A program made the translations under genes and the position numbers. The notes beneath the pieces were generated by a model, which saw only the letters and a program-made list of their open reading frames with translations, made no database searches and was not told the origin of the DNA. 20,000 nucleotides of DNA from Trichomonas gallinae (Eukaryota), in contig MRSU01002006.1 of assembly GCA_008369845.1 (NCBI GenBank), positions 47,006 to 67,005 on the forward strand, written 5' to 3'. Each line of letters starts with the position of its first letter. The first letter of the stretch is position 1. Of this stretch, positions 9,257-17,612 are shown in pieces.

Positions 9257-12016
9257 TTATTTGTCGATGTCATTGCAGAACTGCATGTAGTTGACTTCAT
9301 CGAGGTCTGTGTTCTTGTATTTCTTGCAAAGCACGTCGAGCTCATCTCTGTTTGTAGACAAACCAAGTCTTGAGATGCTCTGCCTGAACTGCTGCTTGGT
9401 GATATAGTTCTTGTAAGGCTTCCTGTCGTAGTCCTCGAACTGATCCCTGATGTTCATTCTTCTCGTGGTGACGATATACTTCATCCTCCTCAAGATTGTC
9501 TGCACGAACTGCTCCTCCTGTGGAGACAGGTTCTGTATTGTCTTGGACGGCTCAGGCTTGACTCTAACTGGGGATGGAGCGGTGAGAGGAGTCCTGTTGA
9601 GCTCCACTGGTCCGAACACTTCGTTAACCTTCGCGCAGAAGCTTCTGTAGTTGAACAAATCGTTCGAGTTCGGGTCAGCGTATTCGCTCAAGCAGAACTC
9701 GATTTCGTCGGCCGTGAGAGGCAGCTCTGCCTGGCCGACAACAGTGTGGAACTTCTGCTTCGGTACCAAGCCGCGCCTGAGGTTATCGAAGCCCTGGAAG
9801 AACTCCAACAATCTGACTCTCCTCTTGTATACGTGAGACTGAAGCTTCTCCATTATAGAGTCAAGTGTTGGCGGTGCAACTGGGCCACTTCTGATTGACA
9901 CCAAGTACTCGGACTCTCTGTCTGTGTAGTGCGGGAATCCGTTTGAAACGATGGATGTGGAGGCCCTGTCGCCGAACAAAAGTCCTGTCATTTCATCAAC
10001 GTCCGAGCAGAATCTGCCGTAGTCAACGAACTTGGTGTAAGGGTCGTTGTAGAAAGAGCAGAGTTCGTCTATCCTGTCCTTGGAAAGATAGCAGCCGATC
10101 AATTGGAGAACGCGTGTGAAGTGAGATGCGTTTACCTTCTTATGGTTCATTCTGTCGAAATCTTTGAATTGCTCGATCAAGCTCAAGCGTTTCCTTCTGA
10201 CGAACTTGGAGATCTCCTCGACAATGGCTTTGACCTTAGGAGTCAAGACCTTGATGTCTCTCATCGTCGTCTTCTTGACGTTCTCGATTTCGACAGGCGG
10301 AATTGCTTGAGGAGTTTTCTCGAGATCTAATTGAACTGTCATTTCTTTGATGTCCTTGTCGAACTGGCGCCACTTGATGTAGTCCTTCTTCGTGTCGCTG
10401 GCGTAGTAGTCCTTTAGCAGAGCAAACTCCTTCTCTGTCAGTTTGTAGCCTGAAATGGTTATACCTGTCATGAAGTGCTCTGCAGTGATTTCGCCGTTGT
10501 TGTGAGTGTCAAACTGCTGAAGAAACTCAGCGAAGATAACTGTGTGGATCTTGCTCCACCTGTGCATTTCTATAAGCAAGTCGTCGATGTTGTCCTTCTC
10601 GTTGATCTTAGGAATGAGTCCGCGCTTTGATTCGTGCAATAATTTGTCTGCGACGTCTTGTGTGACGAATTTGTCGCCGTTTGAGGCTTTGCCGTATGTA
10701 TCTATGATCGACTGCTTCGTGGCGCCAACTGGCTTGAACTCTCTGCGCTTCTGCGTGTGCGTTGGGTCGATGTCTTCGATGAACTTGTAGATATCGACAC
10801 CTTTCGAATCACTGTAAACGGAAACAAGTGCATCTCTTTCCTCGTTCGAGACCTTGAAGCCGAGTGTTGTCAAAGCGCGGTGGAATTGAATCGGAGTAAC
10901 GTATCCTTGTCCGATTCTGTCAAAGTCCATCAAAGTTGGCAAACAGTTGATTCTATAGCGAACTGTCTGTGTCTTGAGTCTATCTACGATGGAATCGACC
11001 TTCGGATTCGATGGCTTGAGTGATGCAGAATTATCAAAGCCTCTCGTCTTGATTGGCGAAAGCTGGTTCTCAACTTCTGCTTCCACATCCTGGCAGAACT
11101 CTTTGTACTTGACGTAATGCGTGTAATTAACGTTAATTGAATAAGTTGCAACTAAGTAGTCAAGATCGTTAGTTGTGAATGGATAACCGAACAATGTAAT
11201 TGTGCCTGTGAATTTCTGGACTGGGATTCTGCCTGTTCTAAGCGTATCGTGTGTTTGGAAAAATTCAAGAATTCTGATGCGTTCTTTGCGTACGTGCTCT
11301 GCAAATTTTGGAATAATAAGAGCGTGCGGTGTGTCGAAGTTCTGGATTTTGAGTGATTGGGCTTGGTGAGGGAATAATGATCGATTCATTGATCTCTCAA
11401 TCATTGTTGGCTGCATGCTAGCGTAATCATTGAGGTCTGTGTTGAGCTTGCGATAGTTGAAATCTTTAAGCTGTGGGTCTAAGTAACGATCAAATAATAA
11501 TTGATAGTCGCGTGATGTGAGGTCTCTGAATGGATTTGCTCTCATAAACTGGGACTGTGAGATTCGGCCATTGTTGTGCTTATCGAAATCCATGAAAGCA
11601 GTCCTCAGGTGTACGCCTTTCGTCTTAACTTGATGATGCAGCTTCGCGAGAAGGTTATCGAGCTCCGCAGACTCACTCATGTCGATCTTTCCGAGAGATC
11701 TCGACACAATCTCTTGAGAGTTTCTTGTAAATTCGAGCGGCGCCTTTTCTAAATTTCTGTTAGTGAAAATATCTTCGATTTCGTGTGTGAATGCTTTGTA
11801 GTTGATTTTATCTCCTTGTTTATATCTATCTACTAACATATTAAACTCTTCAGGAGAGAGTTTTATGTGCATCATTGTAAAACATCTTGCAAACTCGTTT
11901 GGAAAAATTCTTCCACTGTTTAAACGGTCGAAACCTGCAAACCAATCTTCAGGCATGATATCGCCCTGATAAATGTTTGTTCGAAGCCTGTCGAGCAGGG
12001 TATCGATGTCAGTCAT
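9257..12016 (-). CDS. Multi-EF-hand protein with 8 modules (4 x 2), CFAP115/FAP115-like axonemal candidate
   Basis: Eight repeats of 'F..FD....G.I....F...L.......L...E...L...Y........I.Y..F...I'. The EF-hand call is firm; the CFAP115 assignment is an inference from architecture. Confidence 0.85.
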   Translation of the reverse strand: MTDIDTLLDRLRTNIYQGDIMPEDWFAGFDRLNSGRIFPNEFARCFTMMHIKLSPEEFNMLVDRYKQGDKINYKAFTHEIEDIFTNRNLEKAPLEFTRNSQEIVSRSLGKIDMSESAELDNLLAKLHHQVKTKGVHLRTAFMDFDKHNNGRISQSQFMRANPFRDLTSRDYQLLFDRYLDPQLKDFNYRKLNTDLNDYASMQPTMIERSMNRSLFPHQAQSLKIQNFDTPHALIIPKFAEHVRKERIRILEFFQTHDTLRTGRIPVQKFTGTITLFGYPFTTNDLDYLVATYSINVNYTHYVKYKEFCQDVEAEVENQLSPIKTRGFDNSASLKPSNPKVDSIVDRLKTQTVRYRINCLPTLMDFDRIGQGYVTPIQFHRALTTLGFKVSNEERDALVSVYSDSKGVDIYKFIEDIDPTHTQKRREFKPVGATKQSIIDTYGKASNGDKFVTQDVADKLLHESKRGLIPKINEKDNIDDLLIEMHRWSKIHTVIFAEFLQQFDTHNNGEITAEHFMTGITISGYKLTEKEFALLKDYYASDTKKDYIKWRQFDKDIKEMTVQLDLEKTPQAIPPVEIENVKKTTMRDIKVLTPKVKAIVEEISKFVRRKRLSLIEQFKDFDRMNHKKVNASHFTRVLQLIGCYLSKDRIDELCSFYNDPYTKFVDYGRFCSDVDEMTGLLFGDRASTSIVSNGFPHYTDRESEYLVSIRSGPVAPPTLDSIMEKLQSHVYKRRVRLLEFFQGFDNLRRGLVPKQKFHTVVGQAELPLTADEIEFCLSEYADPNSNDLFNYRSFCAKVNEVFGPVELNRTPLTAPSPVRVKPEPSKTIQNLSPQEEQFVQTILRRMKYIVTTRRMNIRDQFEDYDRKPYKNYITKQQFRQSISRLGLSTNRDELDVLCKKYKNTDLDEVNYMQFCNDIDK

Positions 12017-12071
12017 CTATCACTAACGTATCTGCCTAATATGCCACGTAAATCATTATTTTTCAATGCAA

Positions 12072-12492
12072 TTTGTCGTGTAAATTGTCGTGTAAACTGA
12101 CATATGCCGTTTAAAATTTTGTTATAAAAATATTATGTAAAATTAATTTGTCATGTAAATTTAATTAATTTGTCATTTAGCTTTAATTAATGTGTCATGT
12201 AACTTTAAAGTGTTTCAGGAGGAAACCCAAAAATCGGTACTAACTGTTTTTCACTATAGAGTGCCAAAACATATCTAGACGGCAGAGAAAACTCATAAAA
12301 ATAATTAAACGGTCATCTCGACAACTTTGTCCACTTATTGACAAGTTTTCCCTTTACTTCTAAAAATAAAATTTTTGACATGTAAAATGATAAATCTGAC
12401 ATATATTTTTGAATTATTTTGTCATGTAAAATGTATTGATATGATAGATTTGTCATGTAAAAATCAGACAATGATTATTTCTGACATGTAAA
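12072..12492 (+). repeat. Cluster of TTTG[T/A]C[A/G]TGTAAA motifs in the divergent intergenic region
   Basis: Copies or close variants start near 12072, 12085, 12147, 12169, 12191, 12374, 12418, 12449 and 12480, all in the same orientation. Confidence 0.85.
12141..12206 (+). repeat. Tandem repeat, 3 x 22 bp
   Basis: AATTAATTTGTCATGTAAATTT / AATTAATTTGTCATTTAGCTTT / AATTAATGTGTCATGTAACTTT. Confidence 0.85.
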
Positions 12493-12715
12493 ATAAATTA
12501 ATTTTTACCGAATTTATGCTAGCAATATAACATTCATTAATATAATTCGCGAACTGTTTAAGGTTCTCATTTTTCAAATAAACCGTTAATTTTAGCGAGT
12601 CGGTATTGGCTTACTCTGTTGTCATGATATTTGGAGTTAAAATTTCGAGTGTAAATCATTTTCTATTTAATTAAAAATGTAAACCATTGAACGAAATGAA
12701 ATTCTGACTTTTCAT

Positions 12716-13942
12716 ATGCGAATATCGATGGTTTACTTGAGTGTGTTAGTTATTATGGGTGGGTGCTTCACTTTCGGTATATCCATCGCCTTCTCCGCGC
12801 TGACAATGCCCGCTATAGTTAAAGAATTTCGTTTAAATGAACTCGAATCGACAATGTTCAGCGCTTTGATTGCATTGTTCGCGATTGCTGGTCCATTCGC
12901 CTTCCAGTATTGTATGACGACAAAAGGAAGGAAATATACGTTTAATATAATTTCGATCGGAAGTGCAATATCATGGTTTATGTTCGCAATCGCAAACCAG
13001 CAGTTGAAATATCTTATATTTATTCACAGAATTACAATAGGACTCCTAATTGGAGCATATTCAGCTGTCAATCCTGTTTATTTAACAGAATTAGCAAATG
13101 ATGAACAAAAAAGCTTATTTGGAACATTGAACCAATTAGGTATATCTGCTGGTGTCGTTGCTTCCAATATTTTTGGAGGACTATTGCCATGGAGAGTTTT
13201 TGCAATCGGAGTTTTCCTTTTCTGCACTTTAATCGCAGTTTCATCATTCTTTATCGCTGATGTAAAGCACACGCAAGCTAAATCCGCTAAACATACAGAT
13301 CCTGCCGGTTCTTGTTCAATATTATTCACGAGATACAGAATGGAGCTGATTGAAGGCGTCATGTATCAGTTTTTCCAGCAGTTCTCAGGTATAAATGGTG
13401 TATTAACCAATGCTGGAATGTTATTAAACAATTCAACGACTGCTGCAACTTTTGCGGCTTCTGCACAGCTTATTGCGTGCGTGTTCTGCTCATCAGCTAT
13501 CACCAAACTTGGAACAAAGCTTATTTGGATAATTGCATGCGCTGGTGCAGCTGCTTCTTTAGTAATTCTTGCAATTTCACAAACATTCAAATTGGGTTTG
13601 ATTGTAAATGGAACTGCAGTATTTGGATTCCAGTTATCATTCGGTTTCGGCCTCGGTCCGCTTCCATTTACCATTTCTCCCAATCTTTTCCCAGATTCAG
13701 TTCGCGCACAAGCTCTTTCGATTCTTACTGGCGTGAACTGGCTTCTAGCATTCGTAGTCATATCTATTTTCCCAACAATGCTGAATAACTGCGGATTAAG
13801 CATTTCTTCTCTGATTTTTGCCGGTGTTCTAGCTGCTGGTGTAATTTTCGGCCTCAAGCAAGAAAACATCGCAGAAAAAGAGAATGACGCGTTTGAACCG
13901 GATATTGAGAATCATCATTCCGACAAAGAATTTGATGACTGA
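12716..13942 (+). CDS. Major facilitator superfamily sugar porter (GLUT-like)
   Basis: About 12 hydrophobic segments, with motifs GRK, PVYLTELA, LNQL, QFFQQFSGIN, GLGPLPF....LFP..VR and NW. The start may be ATG 12728, because Inr-like TCATA (12712-12716) overlaps the first ATG. Confidence 0.9.
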   Translation: MRISMVYLSVLVIMGGCFTFGISIAFSALTMPAIVKEFRLNELESTMFSALIALFAIAGPFAFQYCMTTKGRKYTFNIISIGSAISWFMFAIANQQLKYLIFIHRITIGLLIGAYSAVNPVYLTELANDEQKSLFGTLNQLGISAGVVASNIFGGLLPWRVFAIGVFLFCTLIAVSSFFIADVKHTQAKSAKHTDPAGSCSILFTRYRMELIEGVMYQFFQQFSGINGVLTNAGMLLNNSTTAATFAASAQLIACVFCSSAITKLGTKLIWIIACAGAAASLVILAISQTFKLGLIVNGTAVFGFQLSFGFGLGPLPFTISPNLFPDSVRAQALSILTGVNWLLAFVVISIFPTMLNNCGLSISSLIFAGVLAAGVIFGLKQENIAEKENDAFEPDIENHHSDKEFDD

Positions 13943-14708
13943 CTTCATTCCATAGGAATATTATTTTCATATGTTTATTAATAAAATACGTACATTTCTT
14001 AGTTAACGCACTTGCAAAACCAATATTTATCTGAAAAATTAATTTGATTATCGATATAAACCCAAAACCAACCGATGAAATGTTTAATGGTACCAATTTA
14101 ACAGCGGATATCTTTAGTAATAGACTTGATATTGATTATTAATTTTATTAATGAAACGTGGATATGATGGGAATGTAATATAAGGTTTAGGAGGTTATAA
14201 ATATGCATTCTGATGATAGTAATTTTATAGATATTGAAGACAAAAGCGAAATGATCAAGGAAACAAAAATTTGCCAAATTAAGTTTACATTTTGGCAAAT
14301 GTAAAAAAAAAATTGATAGATAGTATTTGTACAGATGATTTTTTGATTACGAAAAGAGAAGTGTAGAAATCACCGTCCTTAACCAAATATTTGAGTTATA
14401 AAATAGCGCGTAAAAGTCACGCCCATTTGTCATGAAAAGTGTTTGAACACATAACTCCATTCAATTTTTGAATGATTACTCACAAAACTTTGAAATTTTA
14501 TGCTCAAATTACGATTATATAGCATTAACTCTCTTTCATATACTAATTCATCCGATTTGATTAATACTCAAAAAATAATCAAGATTGAAGCGATTCTCAC
14601 AAAAATATTATGAGCATAAATAGCTGAATAATTATTGCAATGTATGACATAAATACTGCTGTTTTAACCAGAAAATCAATTTTAAGAGATTATTTTTCTC
14701 TATAAATA

Positions 14709-15287
14709 ATGGACAGGCTGCTGCCTTCTGGAATGCCTCCAAACATGGATTCATTCGGAACCAAGTCCAAGTTTACCCCGGAAGAAGACCAGAAATTGAA
14801 GTATCTGGTTGAGATGTCCAATCACAAATTATCATGGAAGGAAATATCAATGTTTATGAGGACGCGCACACCAAGGCAATGCAGAGAAAGATACCAAAAT
14901 TACCTTAGTGATAGTGTGAATCATCAAGAATGGACTGGAGCGGAAGATCAAATGTTGTTGAATCTCTATTCTCAACATGGAAAGAAATGGAATGTAATAG
15001 CTAAATTCTTACCAGGAAGGACAGGCAATGCAATTAGAAACCGCTGGCAATGGCTGCTCAAAAAACAAAACGTTCCTATTACGGATAAAACTACGCCAAT
15101 TTTAAGAGCAAAGAATCTTAGAGTCCAAATGTCATATAATGGATCACAAATTGCTGCTCAACAGCCAAGTCCTGGTGTGAAGTCATTCGACGACTTATTT
15201 GTAAACATTGTTGGAGGCTTTTTCCAGCCAGGAAAAGCATCTGGACTCTTCGAAAATGAAGAAGAAACTAACATGTTTGTTAGTTAA
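14709..15287 (+). CDS. R2R3 Myb-like DNA-binding protein
   Basis: KFTPEEDQKL...SWKEIS..M.TRTPRQCRERYQNYL followed by WTGAEDQML....G.KW..IA.FLPGRTGNAIRNRW. The stop codon lies within TAAA. Confidence 0.95.
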   Translation: MDRLLPSGMPPNMDSFGTKSKFTPEEDQKLKYLVEMSNHKLSWKEISMFMRTRTPRQCRERYQNYLSDSVNHQEWTGAEDQMLLNLYSQHGKKWNVIAKFLPGRTGNAIRNRWQWLLKKQNVPITDKTTPILRAKNLRVQMSYNGSQIAAQQPSPGVKSFDDLFVNIVGGFFQPGKASGLFENEEETNMFVS

Positions 15288-15678
15288 ATTATCTTGGATG
15301 GAAATAAGTGAGAGGATCAACTGCACTCGATACTATTTTCATCCAATTATCCTATGTCATTCAATACATATGAGCATTCTATGGATTTATCTTAATCAAA
15401 ATTATCGAAAATCGTTGGTTAAGTTGTTTGTATTAAATATTATTCATTTTATCTAACATAAATAACAAACTACAGTTTTTCATCATCTAGATCTGTAAAA
15501 GACAAACTTCATAGTATGTTCTTAATAAATTTAGGGAAAGATACTTAAGAAACATGTCGAATCGCATTATTTCGTAACAATGACAGTATAAGACATGTTA
15601 CTAAAGCATTGTCAAAGAACTGATTAAGTTGGTTGAATGTATGGAAAAAACTTTTTGAAGATGCCTAACAATCAGATT

Positions 15679-15836
15679 TATTTACATGACAAAAATTCGT
15701 TTACACAGTTATCAAAAATACCTGACAATTTTTAAATTAATCAACAAATTCAATTGTAATTAAAATTATAGCAAATTATGATATATTTACATGACAAAAA
15801 TTTTGTTACACAGCTTTCAAAAATATCTGACAATTT
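15679..15836 (+). repeat. Direct repeat, 2 x 53 bp, 105-bp offset, each beginning with the motif in reverse orientation
   Basis: 15679-15731 versus 15784-15836: 47/53 identical by manual alignment, both starting TATTTACATGACAAAAATT. Confidence 0.85.
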
Positions 15837-16307
15837 AAAAATATACAGCAAATAAAAGAAAACGTAAGTATTTAAAATTTCCTGGAGCGATTAAAGAATT
15901 GAATACTTAATGAATTGTACGTTAGTAACATAAGAAAAATAAAATCTTAATTGCCATCAATTTCTAATTAACTTTATTAGATTATTTTGCAAAATTATTG
16001 ATTTGAAAGCCTTTTGAAAATTGATATTCTCAAATTTGAATCACAAAATTAGGCTTGTATTTACAATCGCATTTCCTATCGTTTGTCTAAATTATTTCAT
16101 TTAGATTTTCAATACTATTCAAATATTTCAGGTCGAATTATTTGATTAATCCCTGTTAGTTTCATGCATTAGACATTTTTATGATTTTTAACCCCCTTCA
16201 TAAAATATTTTAAATATTCAACGTTTGAATTTAAATATTATCATCCATGAATCATAATTTCACTGATTTCATACTAAATTTTTTTTTTCTTTGTCAAAAA
16301 ACAAAAA

Positions 16308-17363
16308 ATGAGTGATCAATTCGTTCCCCCTGGCTTTGTGTTTGTTAAAACCCTTACCAGTGGATTCCTTGGGCCCTCCTATCTCCTAAAGAAGGATGAT
16401 ACGCAGGTTTCATACATCTGCAAAGGCTTTCTGAAATCAGCAATCGGTGACGAAGCTGATGTAGACAATTTCATCCAGATAATTCGAATGACTCGCAAGA
16501 TTAAAGAAACGTGTTTCCTTCCTTACCATTATTACTATGACGAAAAGAATTATATCTATGCTGTAAGACCATTTTTCGAGGGACTAGACCTGACAGCGTA
16601 TATTACAAATTGTGCGGACAATGTGAACGTCGTAATCGCGCAATGGAAAGTTCTTGTTCGTCTTTATCGTCACTTGCATAAAAGACGAATTTATCCAAAT
16701 TTCATTAAACCGAGCAACATTTTTATGCAGAATGGAGGAATCGCGTTCATAACTGATATTTACCCACCGCCACGTCAATTTAACCCAACCTTGCATCGAT
16801 CGAATCCATTCGATGTTGGATTCTTAGCTCCAGAGTATCTCAGCCCTGATACGATACCGGATATAAAATCGGACATATGGTCACTTGGAATTTTGCTCTG
16901 GTTCATGATTACGAAAAAACTTCCTTGGAATTTGAACAACGTTGTTGTTATGCTCAAGCAGATTCAAGCGGCATCACCGATAAACCTAGGACTCTTGCCA
17001 CCAGAAGTTCGCGATATAGCCTCATCTATGTTAAATCTTGATCCTGAAAGCAGAATTGATACAGAATACTTAGTCCACTCCGGAACGAACACACTACTGA
17101 GCTCAAATCACTCCCTGACCGAACAAAAATCAGCTTCTCAGTTCAAAGCTGCTTGTGGAGAAATTTTGAAGCCAATTCGAACAACTCCACCAACTTCTCC
17201 ACCAAGTGGACTCTTTAATGTGAGGAGAAGAGTATCAGATTATCATGTAGGACCAAAAACAGATGATGATCCGCTTGCAAATATTCCAAGAAATCTTATT
17301 CGAGTTGCATCGAGACAAAATCGTTCAGGTTCTCTTTCACAGATTCAAAAGGTGAAATTTTAA
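16308..17363 (+). CDS. Protein kinase-fold protein (CAMK-like), probable pseudokinase
   Basis: Retains SGFLG, YICK, IKPSNI, FLAPE, SDIWSLG, LPW and DPESR. HRD is replaced by PNF and DFG by DIY. Confidence 0.85.
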   Translation: MSDQFVPPGFVFVKTLTSGFLGPSYLLKKDDTQVSYICKGFLKSAIGDEADVDNFIQIIRMTRKIKETCFLPYHYYYDEKNYIYAVRPFFEGLDLTAYITNCADNVNVVIAQWKVLVRLYRHLHKRRIYPNFIKPSNIFMQNGGIAFITDIYPPPRQFNPTLHRSNPFDVGFLAPEYLSPDTIPDIKSDIWSLGILLWFMITKKLPWNLNNVVVMLKQIQAASPINLGLLPPEVRDIASSMLNLDPESRIDTEYLVHSGTNTLLSSNHSLTEQKSASQFKAACGEILKPIRTTPPTSPPSGLFNVRRRVSDYHVGPKTDDDPLANIPRNLIRVASRQNRSGSLSQIQKVKF

Positions 17364-17612
17364 TCCAATATTTGTTATTTTAGTTTTTTTGTTTTGCAAA
17401 AATAAACATTTGTTGTGTATATTGTTTATAAACAATAATATTTATATATAGAGTTTTAATTTAGCTGTACTTTAAGATATTAGAGCGTCATCGAATTAAC
17501 ACCATTAAATTAAAATAAATTTTAAAAATTAAAATTTCGGCACTGAATAGTCGTCATCATCACCTAAGTCTTCTAACAATACAATATCTCAAAAAAATAT
17601 ATATCTGAATGT

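Noticed and set aside
6753..11023. Many 60-160 aa ORFs overlapping BBS2 and the EF-hand gene
   Set aside because: Antisense or alternate-frame shadows of relatively GC-rich coding sequence, with no motifs.
12072..12492. Repeat cluster as a CRISPR array
   Set aside because: The repeats are only 12-22 bp, irregularly spaced, with no cas genes, in a eukaryotic context.
13078..13869. Antisense ORFs (94 and 167 aa) within the MFS gene
   Set aside because: Shadow ORFs of a hydrophobic coding strand.
15639..15675. Intron-like string GTATGG...CCTAACAATCAG (37 nt) with the same branch-to-AG spacing as the Mob1 intron
   Set aside because: It is intergenic, removal creates no ORF that I can find, and the length fits neither expected class well. 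Only RNA-seq junction reads would revive it.
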